Below are positions 25,212-34,972 of a DNA stretch of 64,000 bases, one piece after another (positions within the stretch are counted from its first letter, which is position 1; each line of letters starts with the position of its first letter). The DNA comes from Myxococcota bacterium. GTDB lineage: Bacteria; Myxococcota_A; SURF-8. The notes beneath the pieces were generated by a model. It was not told the origin of the DNA and did no database searches. It was given only the letters and a program-made list of their open reading frames with translations. The position numbers were made by a program, and so were the translations under genes. The stretch lies in contig CAXXQS010000002.1 in the NCBI GenBank assembly GCA_963674735.2, forward strand, positions 2,048,001-2,112,000. Reading direction: 5' to 3'.

Positions 25212-28200
25212 CTATTCCGGTACTTCCGTAAAAGCGAAGTCCGTAACGCTGCTGTTGCCGTATTCGTCGGTGACGCTCACGCGCGCGAGGTAGTCTCCGC
25301 CCATCAGATCGGGCAGGTCGGCGCTGAACAGGGTCAGCGGTCCGTTCCAGGAGGCGAGTGTCTCCACGCCGCCCTCATCGCGTTTGTTGACGTAGTACAC
25401 CTTGCCGTTTTCGGCTTCACTAAGCGTTACCGTATCGATGGTGTCCACCAACGATTCGTCGGAGGCCTTCAGAATGTCGATGGCGACCGTGGTTTTGGCC
25501 GGATCGGCCGGGGGACGCGGTCCGCAGTAACTGCCCACTTCTTCCGTGTGCATCAGGAACGCGCGGTTGCGGCGTCCGTCGAAGGCGCTCACGCCATCGT
25601 CGTTGCTCATCGGCGGCAGATAGCGGATCGAGCCGCTGATGGTGCCTGCGGTCAAATCCACGTTCGCGGTGCTTTCCGCCGGGGGCTGAATGTCGAAGCC
25701 GATCGGCAGCAGATCGAAGGCGTCGGAAACGAAGCTGTAGGTCTCCACACCCGTTTCGCCGTCGAAGCTCTCGGTGGAGCCGTTGTAGTAGCGGCCTTCC
25801 ACGCGGAAGCGATAGGTGCCCAGCGGGAAGGAGTAGGTTTCTTCCCATTCCGCCGTCCAGTAGTTGTTGGTGTCGGCATCGGGCTTGTTGGGCAGCGCGA
25901 AGCTTTCGTTGGCGAACGCCAGGTTGATCTCATAGAAACGGTCGTCGTAAACCATTCCGGAGGGACGCAGCACCGGTTCCCAGGTGTCGCCGTTTTGCGT
26001 TTCCAGATAGACGTGCGGGTGATCGACACCGGCATCGCCGCCGACCCAGCTCAGCACGGCATGATCGGCCATGCGGCGCGTATCGGTGGGTTGCAGGGTG
26101 ATCGAGGCCGCCGTGGGCGCATCGGTGACCGCCGGAACCCGGAAGGGCACCACCACGGCATCGGCGAAGTTGGTGGGTTTGATGTCAGGAAATTCGTTGG
26201 CGCTTTCTTCTTCGTTCCCCTCCGAGATGGCCACCGCCAGATCGGTGAGGTGGTTGATGAGGTATTCGCCGTAACGCGGACCCCAAACCGACATTTCGGT
26301 GTTGTAACCCGCCTGCATCCAATCGTGCTCGCTGGTGATGTAGAGGAAATGATCGTTGCAGTAACCGAAAACCATGTGGTCGGCGAAATCCGTGTTCGCT
26401 TCGAGTTCGGTCAGGGTGTCGAGACCGATGCGCGAGGTGGGTTCGCCCGGCAGGCTGCCGAGATAGAGGTCGCCCAGGCGGATACCGGTGAGGCGGGTTT
26501 TGCCGAATTGCGGTACCGGTCCGTGGTTCATGCGTTCGATATTGAGCACGCAGCCGAGATTCCCGTCCTTCAGCATGGTGTCGGGATTGTAGGCGTCGGT
26601 GTCCTGGTTGAAAGCCAGCCACACGTCGACCGCTTGCCCGGCCGCCAGATCGACCTTGAACCAATCTTCGTTGTCGGTGCAGATCTGGCCGTTCTGATAG
26701 ACGGTGTCGAGGTCGATGGCCGTGGCGGCGTCCATGTCGTCGTTGGGTTCATAAGCGTCTTCGGTGCAAGCCACCGCGGGCAGATCCGAAGCCTTGGGGC
26801 AGGTTCCGCAGGGGCGGCCGCAGGAAAGATCGATGCAGTCGCCGTTGAGCGACGGGGTGCGCGAGGGGGTCGAGGCGCTGATGCTGTAACCGCCGATGCA
26901 ATGGTCGAAACCGGCGACTTTGATGTAGTAGGTGCCGGCGGCCACATCGCCGTTTAAGGAAACCGTTTCGCCGTTGTTTTTGCTGTTGACGACGGTGGAG
27001 GCGCCCAGTTCGTTGCCCTCGGCGTCGTAAACATACAGATCGAGGTTTTGCTCGATGGGCTGGTTGAGCAGGCCGCACTGGAAGGCGCCGAAGCGGTAAG
27101 GCCCGCCCGGAGGCGCTTCCCACATGCTGACGCCGTCGGAATAGAATTCGTTGTCGGTATAGCCGATGTAGTCGCGGCTGATGGGAATGCGTTTGGAAAT
27201 GATGCTCAGGTCGACCTCGTCGGAGGGCGTGATGGACTCGAACAGTTCCATCGTTTTACGGTAGACGCGCGTGCCCAGCAGTGACATCTGAGCGGTGTGG
27301 TCGCCGCGCAGATCGTCGGAGGCGGGGGAGACGTCGCCGGCCATGCCGTTGAAGAACATGGTGTGCAGCGTTTCGCCGGGATGTTCCTTCTCCCACAGAA
27401 GCTGGGTCATGATCTCGGTGCCGCCGTGGCTGTCGTTGGTCAGCACGGTGTCGGGCTGATCCTCGATGGTGCCGTGCAGCGCGAGGGTCATGGTGACGAT
27501 CCAGGGCTTGGCGGTGCCGGAGGACAGGTCGTCGATACGCCAGACGATCAGGCGCGGATCCTTCAGCGGATCGTTCTGGCTGCGGCGGTCGCGGTTGATG
27601 CGGTTGTCGGGGTCGAAGTTGGGATTGATGCCGTAACCGAAGGCGGCCGGTTTCAGATCTTCCTGCGCTTCCTTGATCACCTTGGCCGCCGATTTCGTGA
27701 CGCGGGTGAAGCCCTCATAGCGGAATTCGCCGAAGCCCAGCGCGCCGAAGCCCAGTTCGGGCAGCAGGAACCAGTAGCTGCCCACGCCCGAGTGGGTGTG
27801 CGAACCGGTGACCACCAGGTTGTCGCTGAGGTCCGGGCCGCCCAGCGCGATGACTTCCTTCACCAGGGTGTTGACGTAAAAGTCGGTGGGGAAGTTGATG
27901 GGCAGACGCACGAACACGATGCGGTCTTCACCGTCGTCGAGGGTCAGCACGCGTACGTCCGGGCGGTCGTACTGGCCGTTGGCGGTTCCCATGCCGCCCG
28001 CGTAGGGGCTGTCCGGGCCTTTGCGTGCGCCGTAGCCGCACATGGTGCCCGGGAAGGGGAAATCGAGGAAGCCTTCGGCGAACTGGGCGTGCAGTTTGCC
28101 GTTCCATTCCGGATGTTGGGCCGGTTTCTCGCCCGGCACGAAGGGCGTGTAGGGGGAGCACAGGCCGTTGAAGCACCAGGAATCCTCGGGATAGCCCAGT

Positions 28201-28592
28201 TCCGGCGAGCAATCCATGTCGGTGCTGCAGAACACGCGGCAGCGTCCGATTTCGGTCTCGCGGGTGGCATACCAGCAAATCTGGCTGGCTTCGCAATCTT
28301 CGGGACCGATGCAGGTCGTGGACGAGACGCAGGCGCCGTCGACACAGTCCTGCTTGTCGGTGCAGTCGGAAGCATATTGACATTCGTCGCCCGATCCGTC
28401 GCCGTCCGTGTCGCCGTCCGGGTCGTCGCCGTCTGGCTCGTCACCGTCGGGATCATCGCCGTCGGGGTTGTCGCCGTCGGGGGACGTGTCGCCGTCGGGA
28501 GGTGTGTCGCTATCGGATGAAGAGCTGCAGCCCAAGGCTCCAATCGTGAGGGCCAAAAGAAGAATCAGTGGCCATGTATACTTCCAAGACAT
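25212..28592 (-). CDS. Lipoprotein: DGD linker, Cys-rich region, neutral/alkaline ceramidase-like domain with inserted PPC-like module
   Basis: Lipobox ALGC; SHTHSG, HGT, AGDVSP, PGEPT, GYCNDH..Y ceramidase motifs. Confidence 0.8.
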   Translation of the reverse strand: MSWKYTWPLILLLALTIGALGCSSSSDSDTPPDGDTSPDGDNPDGDDPDGDEPDGDDPDGDTDGDGSGDECQYASDCTDKQDCVDGACVSSTTCIGPEDCEASQICWYATRETEIGRCRVFCSTDMDCSPELGYPEDSWCFNGLCSPYTPFVPGEKPAQHPEWNGKLHAQFAEGFLDFPFPGTMCGYGARKGPDSPYAGGMGTANGQYDRPDVRVLTLDDGEDRIVFVRLPINFPTDFYVNTLVKEVIALGGPDLSDNLVVTGSHTHSGVGSYWFLLPELGFGALGFGEFRYEGFTRVTKSAAKVIKEAQEDLKPAAFGYGINPNFDPDNRINRDRRSQNDPLKDPRLIVWRIDDLSSGTAKPWIVTMTLALHGTIEDQPDTVLTNDSHGGTEIMTQLLWEKEHPGETLHTMFFNGMAGDVSPASDDLRGDHTAQMSLLGTRVYRKTMELFESITPSDEVDLSIISKRIPISRDYIGYTDNEFYSDGVSMWEAPPGGPYRFGAFQCGLLNQPIEQNLDLYVYDAEGNELGASTVVNSKNNGETVSLNGDVAAGTYYIKVAGFDHCIGGYSISASTPSRTPSLNGDCIDLSCGRPCGTCPKASDLPAVACTEDAYEPNDDMDAATAIDLDTVYQNGQICTDNEDWFKVDLAAGQAVDVWLAFNQDTDAYNPDTMLKDGNLGCVLNIERMNHGPVPQFGKTRLTGIRLGDLYLGSLPGEPTSRIGLDTLTELEANTDFADHMVFGYCNDHFLYITSEHDWMQAGYNTEMSVWGPRYGEYLINHLTDLAVAISEGNEEESANEFPDIKPTNFADAVVVPFRVPAVTDAPTAASITLQPTDTRRMADHAVLSWVGGDAGVDHPHVYLETQNGDTWEPVLRPSGMVYDDRFYEINLAFANESFALPNKPDADTNNYWTAEWEETYSFPLGTYRFRVEGRYYNGSTESFDGETGVETYSFVSDAFDLLPIGFDIQPPAESTANVDLTAGTISGSIRYLPPMSNDDGVSAFDGRRNRAFLMHTEEVGSYCGPRPPADPAKTTVAIDILKASDESLVDTIDTVTLSEAENGKVYYVNKRDEGGVETLASWNGPLTLFSADLPDLMGGDYLARVSVTDEYGNSSVTDFAFTEVPE

Positions 28593-28952
28593 CCCAAACC
28601 TCCGCTCGCTGTGGCCGTCATGACGGTCTGTGCCGTCGACGCCCGGATAATGATACTTCGTGTCAGTTTAAGTCTTTCGATCTTCGGTCGTGCTTGTTAG
28701 AAAACCATTATACGTCCAGCGCCTTGTACAACAAGGAAAAAATCCAATGATTTTCACCACGTTTTCTACGGCGCAATTCTCCCGTTATCGCGGGGTTCTG
28801 AACGTTTCAACGGGCTGAAAAGTCGGAACCGGGACACTACATTGTAATTACTACAGATTAGGAGGGTTTATATCCGAGTTTTCATCCCATAAGGTCGATT
28901 TTACGCCGTGTCAGGCTTTACTGTTGTGTGAACCTTCGGTTGTCGGCGAGAC

Positions 28953-28981
28953 AAAAAAAAAGAGCCGGGGCGGCCCGGCTC
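28953..28981 (-). terminator. Intrinsic terminator
   Basis: GAGCCGGG/CCCGGCTC stem plus U9. Confidence 0.85.
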
Positions 28982-29005
28982 ATCGGTGAAAGCGGCGTAG
29001 ATCGA

Positions 29006-31036
29006 TCAATAGGGTGCGATGTTGAACACGCTGCTCGTGGTTTCGACGCCGTAGGGCGTTTCACGGTTAGGCGGATTGAAGCTGCCGTCGAAATCCCCTT
29101 GCCAGACCGATGTTACGTAATAAAGTTCGAGGGACTGCGACCCGGCATCGTAGGTCGTGTAACGATCCATGATGTAGGGGCCGTAACCCGGCGTGCCGGT
29201 CGAGCGCGGGCTGCTCCATTCCCAGGGACGCGCCAGCGGAGCCGAGCGGAACAGCGCTTCGCTCGACCAGGTATTCCACAGGCAATAGTTTAAGAACCCG
29301 CCATCGGGACACCAGCTTTCATTGCTCAACATGACCAGCCCGTTGATCTCGGGCACGTACTTGACCGACAGTTCGCCGATCCCGACGCTTTTACCCGTGG
29401 GAATGGCGTAGTCCAGGGTGCCATCACCGCCGGTGAACAAGGGCAGATAGTCGAAGGTTTGGATGATCTGATCGTCGAACAGGGGCTGCGCCTGGCTTTC
29501 CTGCGTGCTCCAGCAGCCGCCGGAATGAACGCCGGTGAAATAGCGGACGGCGGATTTGTCGCAGAGCTGATCCAGCGGAACATAGGCGAGGTAGACGTTG
29601 CTGTAGCGATAGGGGACGCCCGTTCCGTAAAGCAGCAGGCCGGGACCGCTCGTGGCGGGGCGGCAGCTTCCTTCGATGTCGCTCAGATCGTCGATGAACA
29701 CCGGGCTCACCTGCAGGAATTTACCCGTGTGCGTTTCCTGGCGGGTCAGCAGCAGATCCCCCTGTTGGGTGAAGGGCGGTTCGCTCTTGAGGATGATCGA
29801 GCTTTCCGAGAACGGATCGTATAGGCCGTCGTTGTCGTAGCAATTGGTGAAAGTGACGCCGTCATCCGACCACGCCAGCCAGGAGCGCCCGGCCACACCC
29901 GAGCCCGCGAGACCGTCGGCATGCGGGTCTGAATTGTCCATATCTCGCAGCAGGCTGCTACGGCTGCTGGTGACGTAGAAAAGGACGATTTTCTGGGTGT
30001 CGCGTTCTTCGTTAGCGGCGATGCCGGTGATGGTGTTGAACCAGCCGCCCCAGATGGCCGGGTCGTTGTTGTAATGAACGCCGGGCACTTTGATCGGCAC
30101 CGTGTCCATCTCGTCGAGATGGTTGTATTCGAACAGAATTTGCCGCAGCGTGACGCCGTCGGTGGGGTTGGTGTCATTCGAAATCGTGATGGCGTTGTTG
30201 CAGCGCGAGCAGCGGTGGCCGCGCGTACAGCCCGGATTGCATTTGCGATCTTCCTCGGGGACGCCCCAGGTTTGCGGGCGCATCGTGCTGTCGCCCATGT
30301 AGGTGCGCATCAAGCCGTTGAATTCGATGCTGATGCCCAGGTCGGTTCCGTAAACCAGATCGGACATCCAGGTGGCGCCGGGCTCCCATTGGATGTAGGG
30401 GCGTTCTCCCCAGTGGCCGGACTGCCAGTCCTGGCCGAGGAACCAGTGATAGGTTTTATCGCCGACGACGTGTTCGTTGATCGGGTAATCGGTTTCGTTG
30501 TTGAAGCAGAATTCATCCCCCGAGTTGTCGTTGACCTGGCAGAAATCGTAGGTGTCGAGGTCGTAGTCCGAGCAGGGGTATAAGGGGTAGACCGTCCAGC
30601 AGCTATCGGTGCCGGCGTTGCAGGTCGAACTGCGGCATTCCGAATGGTAGGGGAGTTCGCAAACATAACCCGATTCCGCGTGACAGCGCGGTATGACGTA
30701 AACTTCCACCGACTTATTCGATTGTCCGGACGCTTTCGCCGTAAACTTATGTTTGGTGATTTCACCGGGGACAAAGTCGAAGCCGCTGGTATCGACATGG
30801 AAAATGACGTTTCCATCCAAATCCGAAATGCCGCCCCAGGGCCCCGATTCTTTATCGCCTTGCAGAGTGACCGCGACTCCGGGCGCGGAGATGCCCGAAA
30901 TTTCGAAGGTGATGGTATCGCCCCTCACAAAGCGTTGATTTTTCGTGGGTTTTTCGATTTCCAGACAGCCCATCAGCATGATCAGGGCAGTCAGGAGGAG
31001 GGCACAGTAAGCCGCACGCCCATACTTCGCTACCAT
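29006..31036 (-). CDS. Lipoprotein with DUF4185-like beta-propeller domain
   Basis: Lipobox LMGC; GTDLGI...MGDS, SDDG.TF, GELSV, PW.WS.P, YGPY, SVW. Confidence 0.72.
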   Translation of the reverse strand: MVAKYGRAAYCALLLTALIMLMGCLEIEKPTKNQRFVRGDTITFEISGISAPGVAVTLQGDKESGPWGGISDLDGNVIFHVDTSGFDFVPGEITKHKFTAKASGQSNKSVEVYVIPRCHAESGYVCELPYHSECRSSTCNAGTDSCWTVYPLYPCSDYDLDTYDFCQVNDNSGDEFCFNNETDYPINEHVVGDKTYHWFLGQDWQSGHWGERPYIQWEPGATWMSDLVYGTDLGISIEFNGLMRTYMGDSTMRPQTWGVPEEDRKCNPGCTRGHRCSRCNNAITISNDTNPTDGVTLRQILFEYNHLDEMDTVPIKVPGVHYNNDPAIWGGWFNTITGIAANEERDTQKIVLFYVTSSRSSLLRDMDNSDPHADGLAGSGVAGRSWLAWSDDGVTFTNCYDNDGLYDPFSESSIILKSEPPFTQQGDLLLTRQETHTGKFLQVSPVFIDDLSDIEGSCRPATSGPGLLLYGTGVPYRYSNVYLAYVPLDQLCDKSAVRYFTGVHSGGCWSTQESQAQPLFDDQIIQTFDYLPLFTGGDGTLDYAIPTGKSVGIGELSVKYVPEINGLVMLSNESWCPDGGFLNYCLWNTWSSEALFRSAPLARPWEWSSPRSTGTPGYGPYIMDRYTTYDAGSQSLELYYVTSVWQGDFDGSFNPPNRETPYGVETTSSVFNIAPY

Positions 31037-31305
31037 TGCAGCCTCGCTTTCTTTCCGGTCGTTTGAATAAATTGGTTCCCGACTTGCCTAACATACCCTT
31101 TTAGGGAAGTCAACGATTTCCTGGACCGGTTTTTCAGTGTGATTTCATGCATTCGCGTCCGCAATTCGCCGGTTGGTGATGGCCACCGCTGCGCGTTGGT
31201 ATCCGAAACGGAAAGACGAATTAAGATTGATCTTCAACGGGTGATCATGTAGATTATGAAAGCCACGAAACAAGACCCTCGTTGACTATTTGGGAGTGAA
31301 TCCAT

Positions 31306-32217
31306 ATGCCGAACCCGACACAAACCCGGGAGTGGGTGATTTTTGCGTTGCTGCTGATCGTTGTGGTTTTGGCCGCTTGGGCCTGTGACGACGACGCTCA
31401 GTCCGATGTGGATGGAGACGGGTATTCCTGCGTGGAGGCGAGTGCCGATGCGCTGTGCTTCGTCAATGCCCCGGCAGGCACCGAAGGAACCAAATGCATG
31501 AATGGCCGCCTCTATTTCTGTCGACCCACCCAACCCGAAGCGCCCAGTTGCGTATCCGTTTGCGACTGCTCGCCCATGGAGTGCGGCGGAGGCTGCCGCG
31601 ATGTGGAGCAGGCGGGCGAAGCCGAATGCGAATTTCAATCCGATGGTGATGCACCTGTCGACGGCGACGACCCCGACGGCGATGACCCCGACGGCGACAC
31701 CCCCGACGGCGACGATCCCGACGGTGATATGGCGGACGGTGACTTCGATGATGTCCCCGACGGCGATGTGGCCGACGGCGATGGAGAGGAAGAGGAAAGC
31801 GAGAATTGTCTTTCCGCCATTGCGTTGTCCTGCGGCGACAGCCTGGCCCACAGCACCGTCACCGACGGCCGCGCCGATTACTGGCGCGCCTATTCCTGCA
31901 CCGCGCGCATGATGTCGGGGCGCGAAACGTTGTATACATTTACGAGCACCGAGGCGCGTTCGGTAAGCCTGCAACTGAGCGGGCTGTCGGTCGATCTCGA
32001 CCTGCTGTTGCTGACCGCCTGCGACGCCTTCAGCTGCACCGAAGCCCGCGGCACGCCTTTCGATATTCAGGACGGCGAGGAGTTGAACTTCGAGGCGGCG
32101 GCGGGCGTCACCTATATTGTCGTCGTGGATGGCTACGGCGACGCGGCCGGCAGCTACACCCTCGATGTCGTTTGCGATGCGAATGCGGACGGCGACGGCG
32201 AAGGCGAGAGCCAGTAA
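31306..32217 (+). CDS. Lipoprotein with Cys-rich region, DGDxP repeats and PPC-like domain
   Basis: Lipobox AWAC; DLDLLLL, TYIVVVDGY...GSYTL. Confidence 0.8.
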   Translation: MPNPTQTREWVIFALLLIVVVLAAWACDDDAQSDVDGDGYSCVEASADALCFVNAPAGTEGTKCMNGRLYFCRPTQPEAPSCVSVCDCSPMECGGGCRDVEQAGEAECEFQSDGDAPVDGDDPDGDDPDGDTPDGDDPDGDMADGDFDDVPDGDVADGDGEEEESENCLSAIALSCGDSLAHSTVTDGRADYWRAYSCTARMMSGRETLYTFTSTEARSVSLQLSGLSVDLDLLLLTACDAFSCTEARGTPFDIQDGEELNFEAAAGVTYIVVVDGYGDAAGSYTLDVVCDANADGDGEGESQ

Positions 32218-32583
32218 GCGCAGCGCAGTTCCGGCGGACTCCCCAATATGTCTGCAAAAAACGTAACGAAGGATGGGCAACGTATTGCCCACCTCTGTCG
32301 TGATCCAATTGTATGCCATATGGTGATATTCTAAGCTGCAGGATGGCGGGAGCCCGGCCGTATCGAAGCATGAGCGATTTATCCTTCCTCGGAAGCTGTG
32401 ACCCGCTGCTAAGCTCTGTTATTTCTCGCTTCGACCTATGCAAGTTACTGTTATGACATAGGTTATGTGTGTTTTTCTCCCCTGTTTCCGGTCGTATCTC
32501 GACGCCATTCGGCTGAAATCGAACTAATGAAGTCATTTCAATAGGATAGGACACCATCGAACGAATACTCTCAGAATAATATA

Positions 32584-32599
32584 TTTAATATATATTAAA
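32584..32599. promoter_or_regulatory. Perfect AT-only palindrome, candidate protein-binding site
   Basis: TTTAATATATATTAAA. Confidence 0.4.
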
Positions 32600-33032
32600 A
32601 CGCCTCGTTTTTCCGTCCGAAAGCGGCTCTGTTCGTCGCTATTACGGGGTGGACGCTGGAGCGACGTGATTGTTTTCAGCCTCTGTTGACGGGGTGAATT
32701 CGCGTTTGCCGGTGACGTCGGGAGCGCTCGGGGCGGTGTGCAGCCGGACGAACTGGAGCGAGGAACGAGCGGGCACGTGTGACGTATTACGGCAATCCCG
32801 GTAATCCGATATGAAACAAACTTTACCCCCCTGCAAAAGGCCGAAAAACCCAATGATTTCGGGAAAACGAAAAACGAGCTCCTGAAAACGGCGCACCGGG
32901 CGCATCGAGGTCATTTCAGGTAATCCGGCAAAAAACGGCCTGCGCCCTCGATTCGGTCGTTTCGACCGTTTTCGCCCGTCGCGGCGAAAGCACCGAACGG
33001 CGCATCCGCCGCACGCGCCTTTTTGCTGCGTT

Positions 33033-33215
33033 CACGGCATTTCAATTCCAAGCTTTTCACCGATTTCCACCTACTATAATTCGTCTTACGGGGTGCCATG
33101 GGCCAAGCCTGTGGCTTGCCCATGTTCTTTTCACGGGCAAACCTGACGGTTTAGCCCGTGCCACCCATCATCGATCGAAGATGATTCGAGACTCAATCAG
33201 AATGGAAACGCCCTA
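33033..33215. mobile_element. ~183-bp element, copy 4 (orientation A)
   Basis: Same core and TIRs; upstream of glpA. Confidence 0.85.
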
Positions 33216-33301
33216 TGGCACCGTTTCCTTTCCTTTCCTTTTTTCTCGAATTCTGTTACATCTTGGGGGGTTGACGCGGTGCGACAGACGCCGCAGGGAG
33301 G

Positions 33302-34972
33302 ATGCTGATGCAAACAGCTTACGACGCCATCGTGATCGGAGGCGGGATAAACGGCTGCGGCGTGGCGCGCGACCTGGCGCGCCGGGGCGTGAAGGTCGCC
33401 CTGATCGAAAAAGGCGATTTCGCCATGGGCACGAGCTGGGCCAGTTCGGGCATGATCCACGGCGGAGTGCGCTACCTGCTTTCCGACGTGCATACCACGA
33501 AAAAATCCTGTCTGGATTCGGGCTACATTCAGAAGATTGCACCGCACATGATCTTCCGGATTCCGCTGTTGTTTCCGGTGCTCAAGGGCGACGGCTTGGC
33601 GGGGCGCATCAACCTCGAAGGAGCCACCGCGCTGTTTACTCTGTACGATCGCTTTCAGCCGCTTAAGGGTGGGAAAGAACACGTGCGACTGTCGCCGGAG
33701 GAAACCAAACGCATCGAACCGCAGATCGACGCCGACTTGCTGGGTGCGGTGGCGACCGACGAATGGGGCATCGACGTTCCGCGTCTGTGCATTGCCAACG
33801 CCATCGACGCCGCCGAGCACGGGGCCGATCTGCTGAGCTGGACGCGCGTCACCGCAGTCGTCAAGGAGGCGGGCGCCGTGGTCGGTCTCGATGTGGAAGA
33901 CCGCCTTTCGGGCGAGCGCCGCCGCCTCACCGCCAAACAGGTCGTCAACTGCACCGGTCCCTGGACGCCCGAAATGGCCAAGCTGGCCGGTGTCACCGTC
34001 GATTTGCGGCCCGCCAAGGGCGTGCACCTGGTGCTCGATCGACGCATCAGCAACGTGGGCGTGATCTGCACCGCCGTGGACGGCCGCCAGGTGTTCATCA
34101 TCCCGCACGAAAACATGAGCCTGATCGGCACCACCGACGACGATTTTTACGGCGATCTCGACGACATCTCCATCCTGGAAGACGAAATCGCGTATCTGAT
34201 GGATGCCGTTTGCCACATTCTGCCGGGCGTCAAACAGGCGCGCATCGTCAAAACCATTGCCGGGGTGCGGCCGACGTTGTACGAGCGCTCCAAATACGAA
34301 GACGATCTCACGCGCGACCACCGCGTGTACGACCACGAAACGCGCGACCACCTGCCGGGTTTCATCACCCTGACCGGCGGCAAGCTGGCCGCCTACCGCA
34401 TCATGGCCGAGGAAACCGCCGACCTGGTCTGCGCCAAGCTGGGAGTCGATGCGCCCTGCACCACGCACACGGCGCCGCTGCCCGGCGGCGAATCCACCCC
34501 CGACGCCGACGAACTGGCGGGCGAGTTCGGGCTCGACCCATATATGGTGCGTCGCCTGATTTTCCGTCAGGGTGCGCGTGCCCGCCGTGTATGCGAAATG
34601 ATTCGCGAGACGCCCGCCTACGGGCATTACGTGTGCGCCTGCGAGCCGGTGACCGAAGCGGAAATCCGTTACGTCATCCGTCACGAACACGTGCGGCGGC
34701 TCTCCGACCTGATCGGCCGCTGCCGTCTGGCCGAAGGCCCCTGTCAGGGTTTCGGTTGCGCGATCCAGGCCACCATGATTTTCGGCGAGGAACGGCGGCT
34801 ATCCACCGATGAAAGCGCCATGGAAGGGCTCAACCTGATGCAGGAAAAATGGCGCTGGCGGCGCGACACGCTCGAAGGTCCGCAGCTGGCGGCCGAAGAA
34901 CTTTACCGCATGGTCTACCAGGCACTGCTGGACCCCGCTCGGGTGTTGAAGCAGCGCGAGGAGGTCTTCTGA
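33302..34972 (+). CDS. glpA: Anaerobic glycerol-3-phosphate dehydrogenase subunit A
   Basis: GGGING, SGMIHGG.RY, IGTTD, AGVRP, GGKL..YR.MAE, C-terminal CxC...CQG..C. Confidence 0.88.
   Translation: MLMQTAYDAIVIGGGINGCGVARDLARRGVKVALIEKGDFAMGTSWASSGMIHGGVRYLLSDVHTTKKSCLDSGYIQKIAPHMIFRIPLLFPVLKGDGLAGRINLEGATALFTLYDRFQPLKGGKEHVRLSPEETKRIEPQIDADLLGAVATDEWGIDVPRLCIANAIDAAEHGADLLSWTRVTAVVKEAGAVVGLDVEDRLSGERRRLTAKQVVNCTGPWTPEMAKLAGVTVDLRPAKGVHLVLDRRISNVGVICTAVDGRQVFIIPHENMSLIGTTDDDFYGDLDDISILEDEIAYLMDAVCHILPGVKQARIVKTIAGVRPTLYERSKYEDDLTRDHRVYDHETRDHLPGFITLTGGKLAAYRIMAEETADLVCAKLGVDAPCTTHTAPLPGGESTPDADELAGEFGLDPYMVRRLIFRQGARARRVCEMIRETPAYGHYVCACEPVTEAEIRYVIRHEHVRRLSDLIGRCRLAEGPCQGFGCAIQATMIFGEERRLSTDESAMEGLNLMQEKWRWRRDTLEGPQLAAEELYRMVYQALLDPARVLKQREEVF

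Noticed and set aside
32911-33123. Small ORF family MGKPxAWPMAPRK (also 36602..36871)
   Set aside because: Arises from the repeat core; ends diverge and there is no RBS or coding signal
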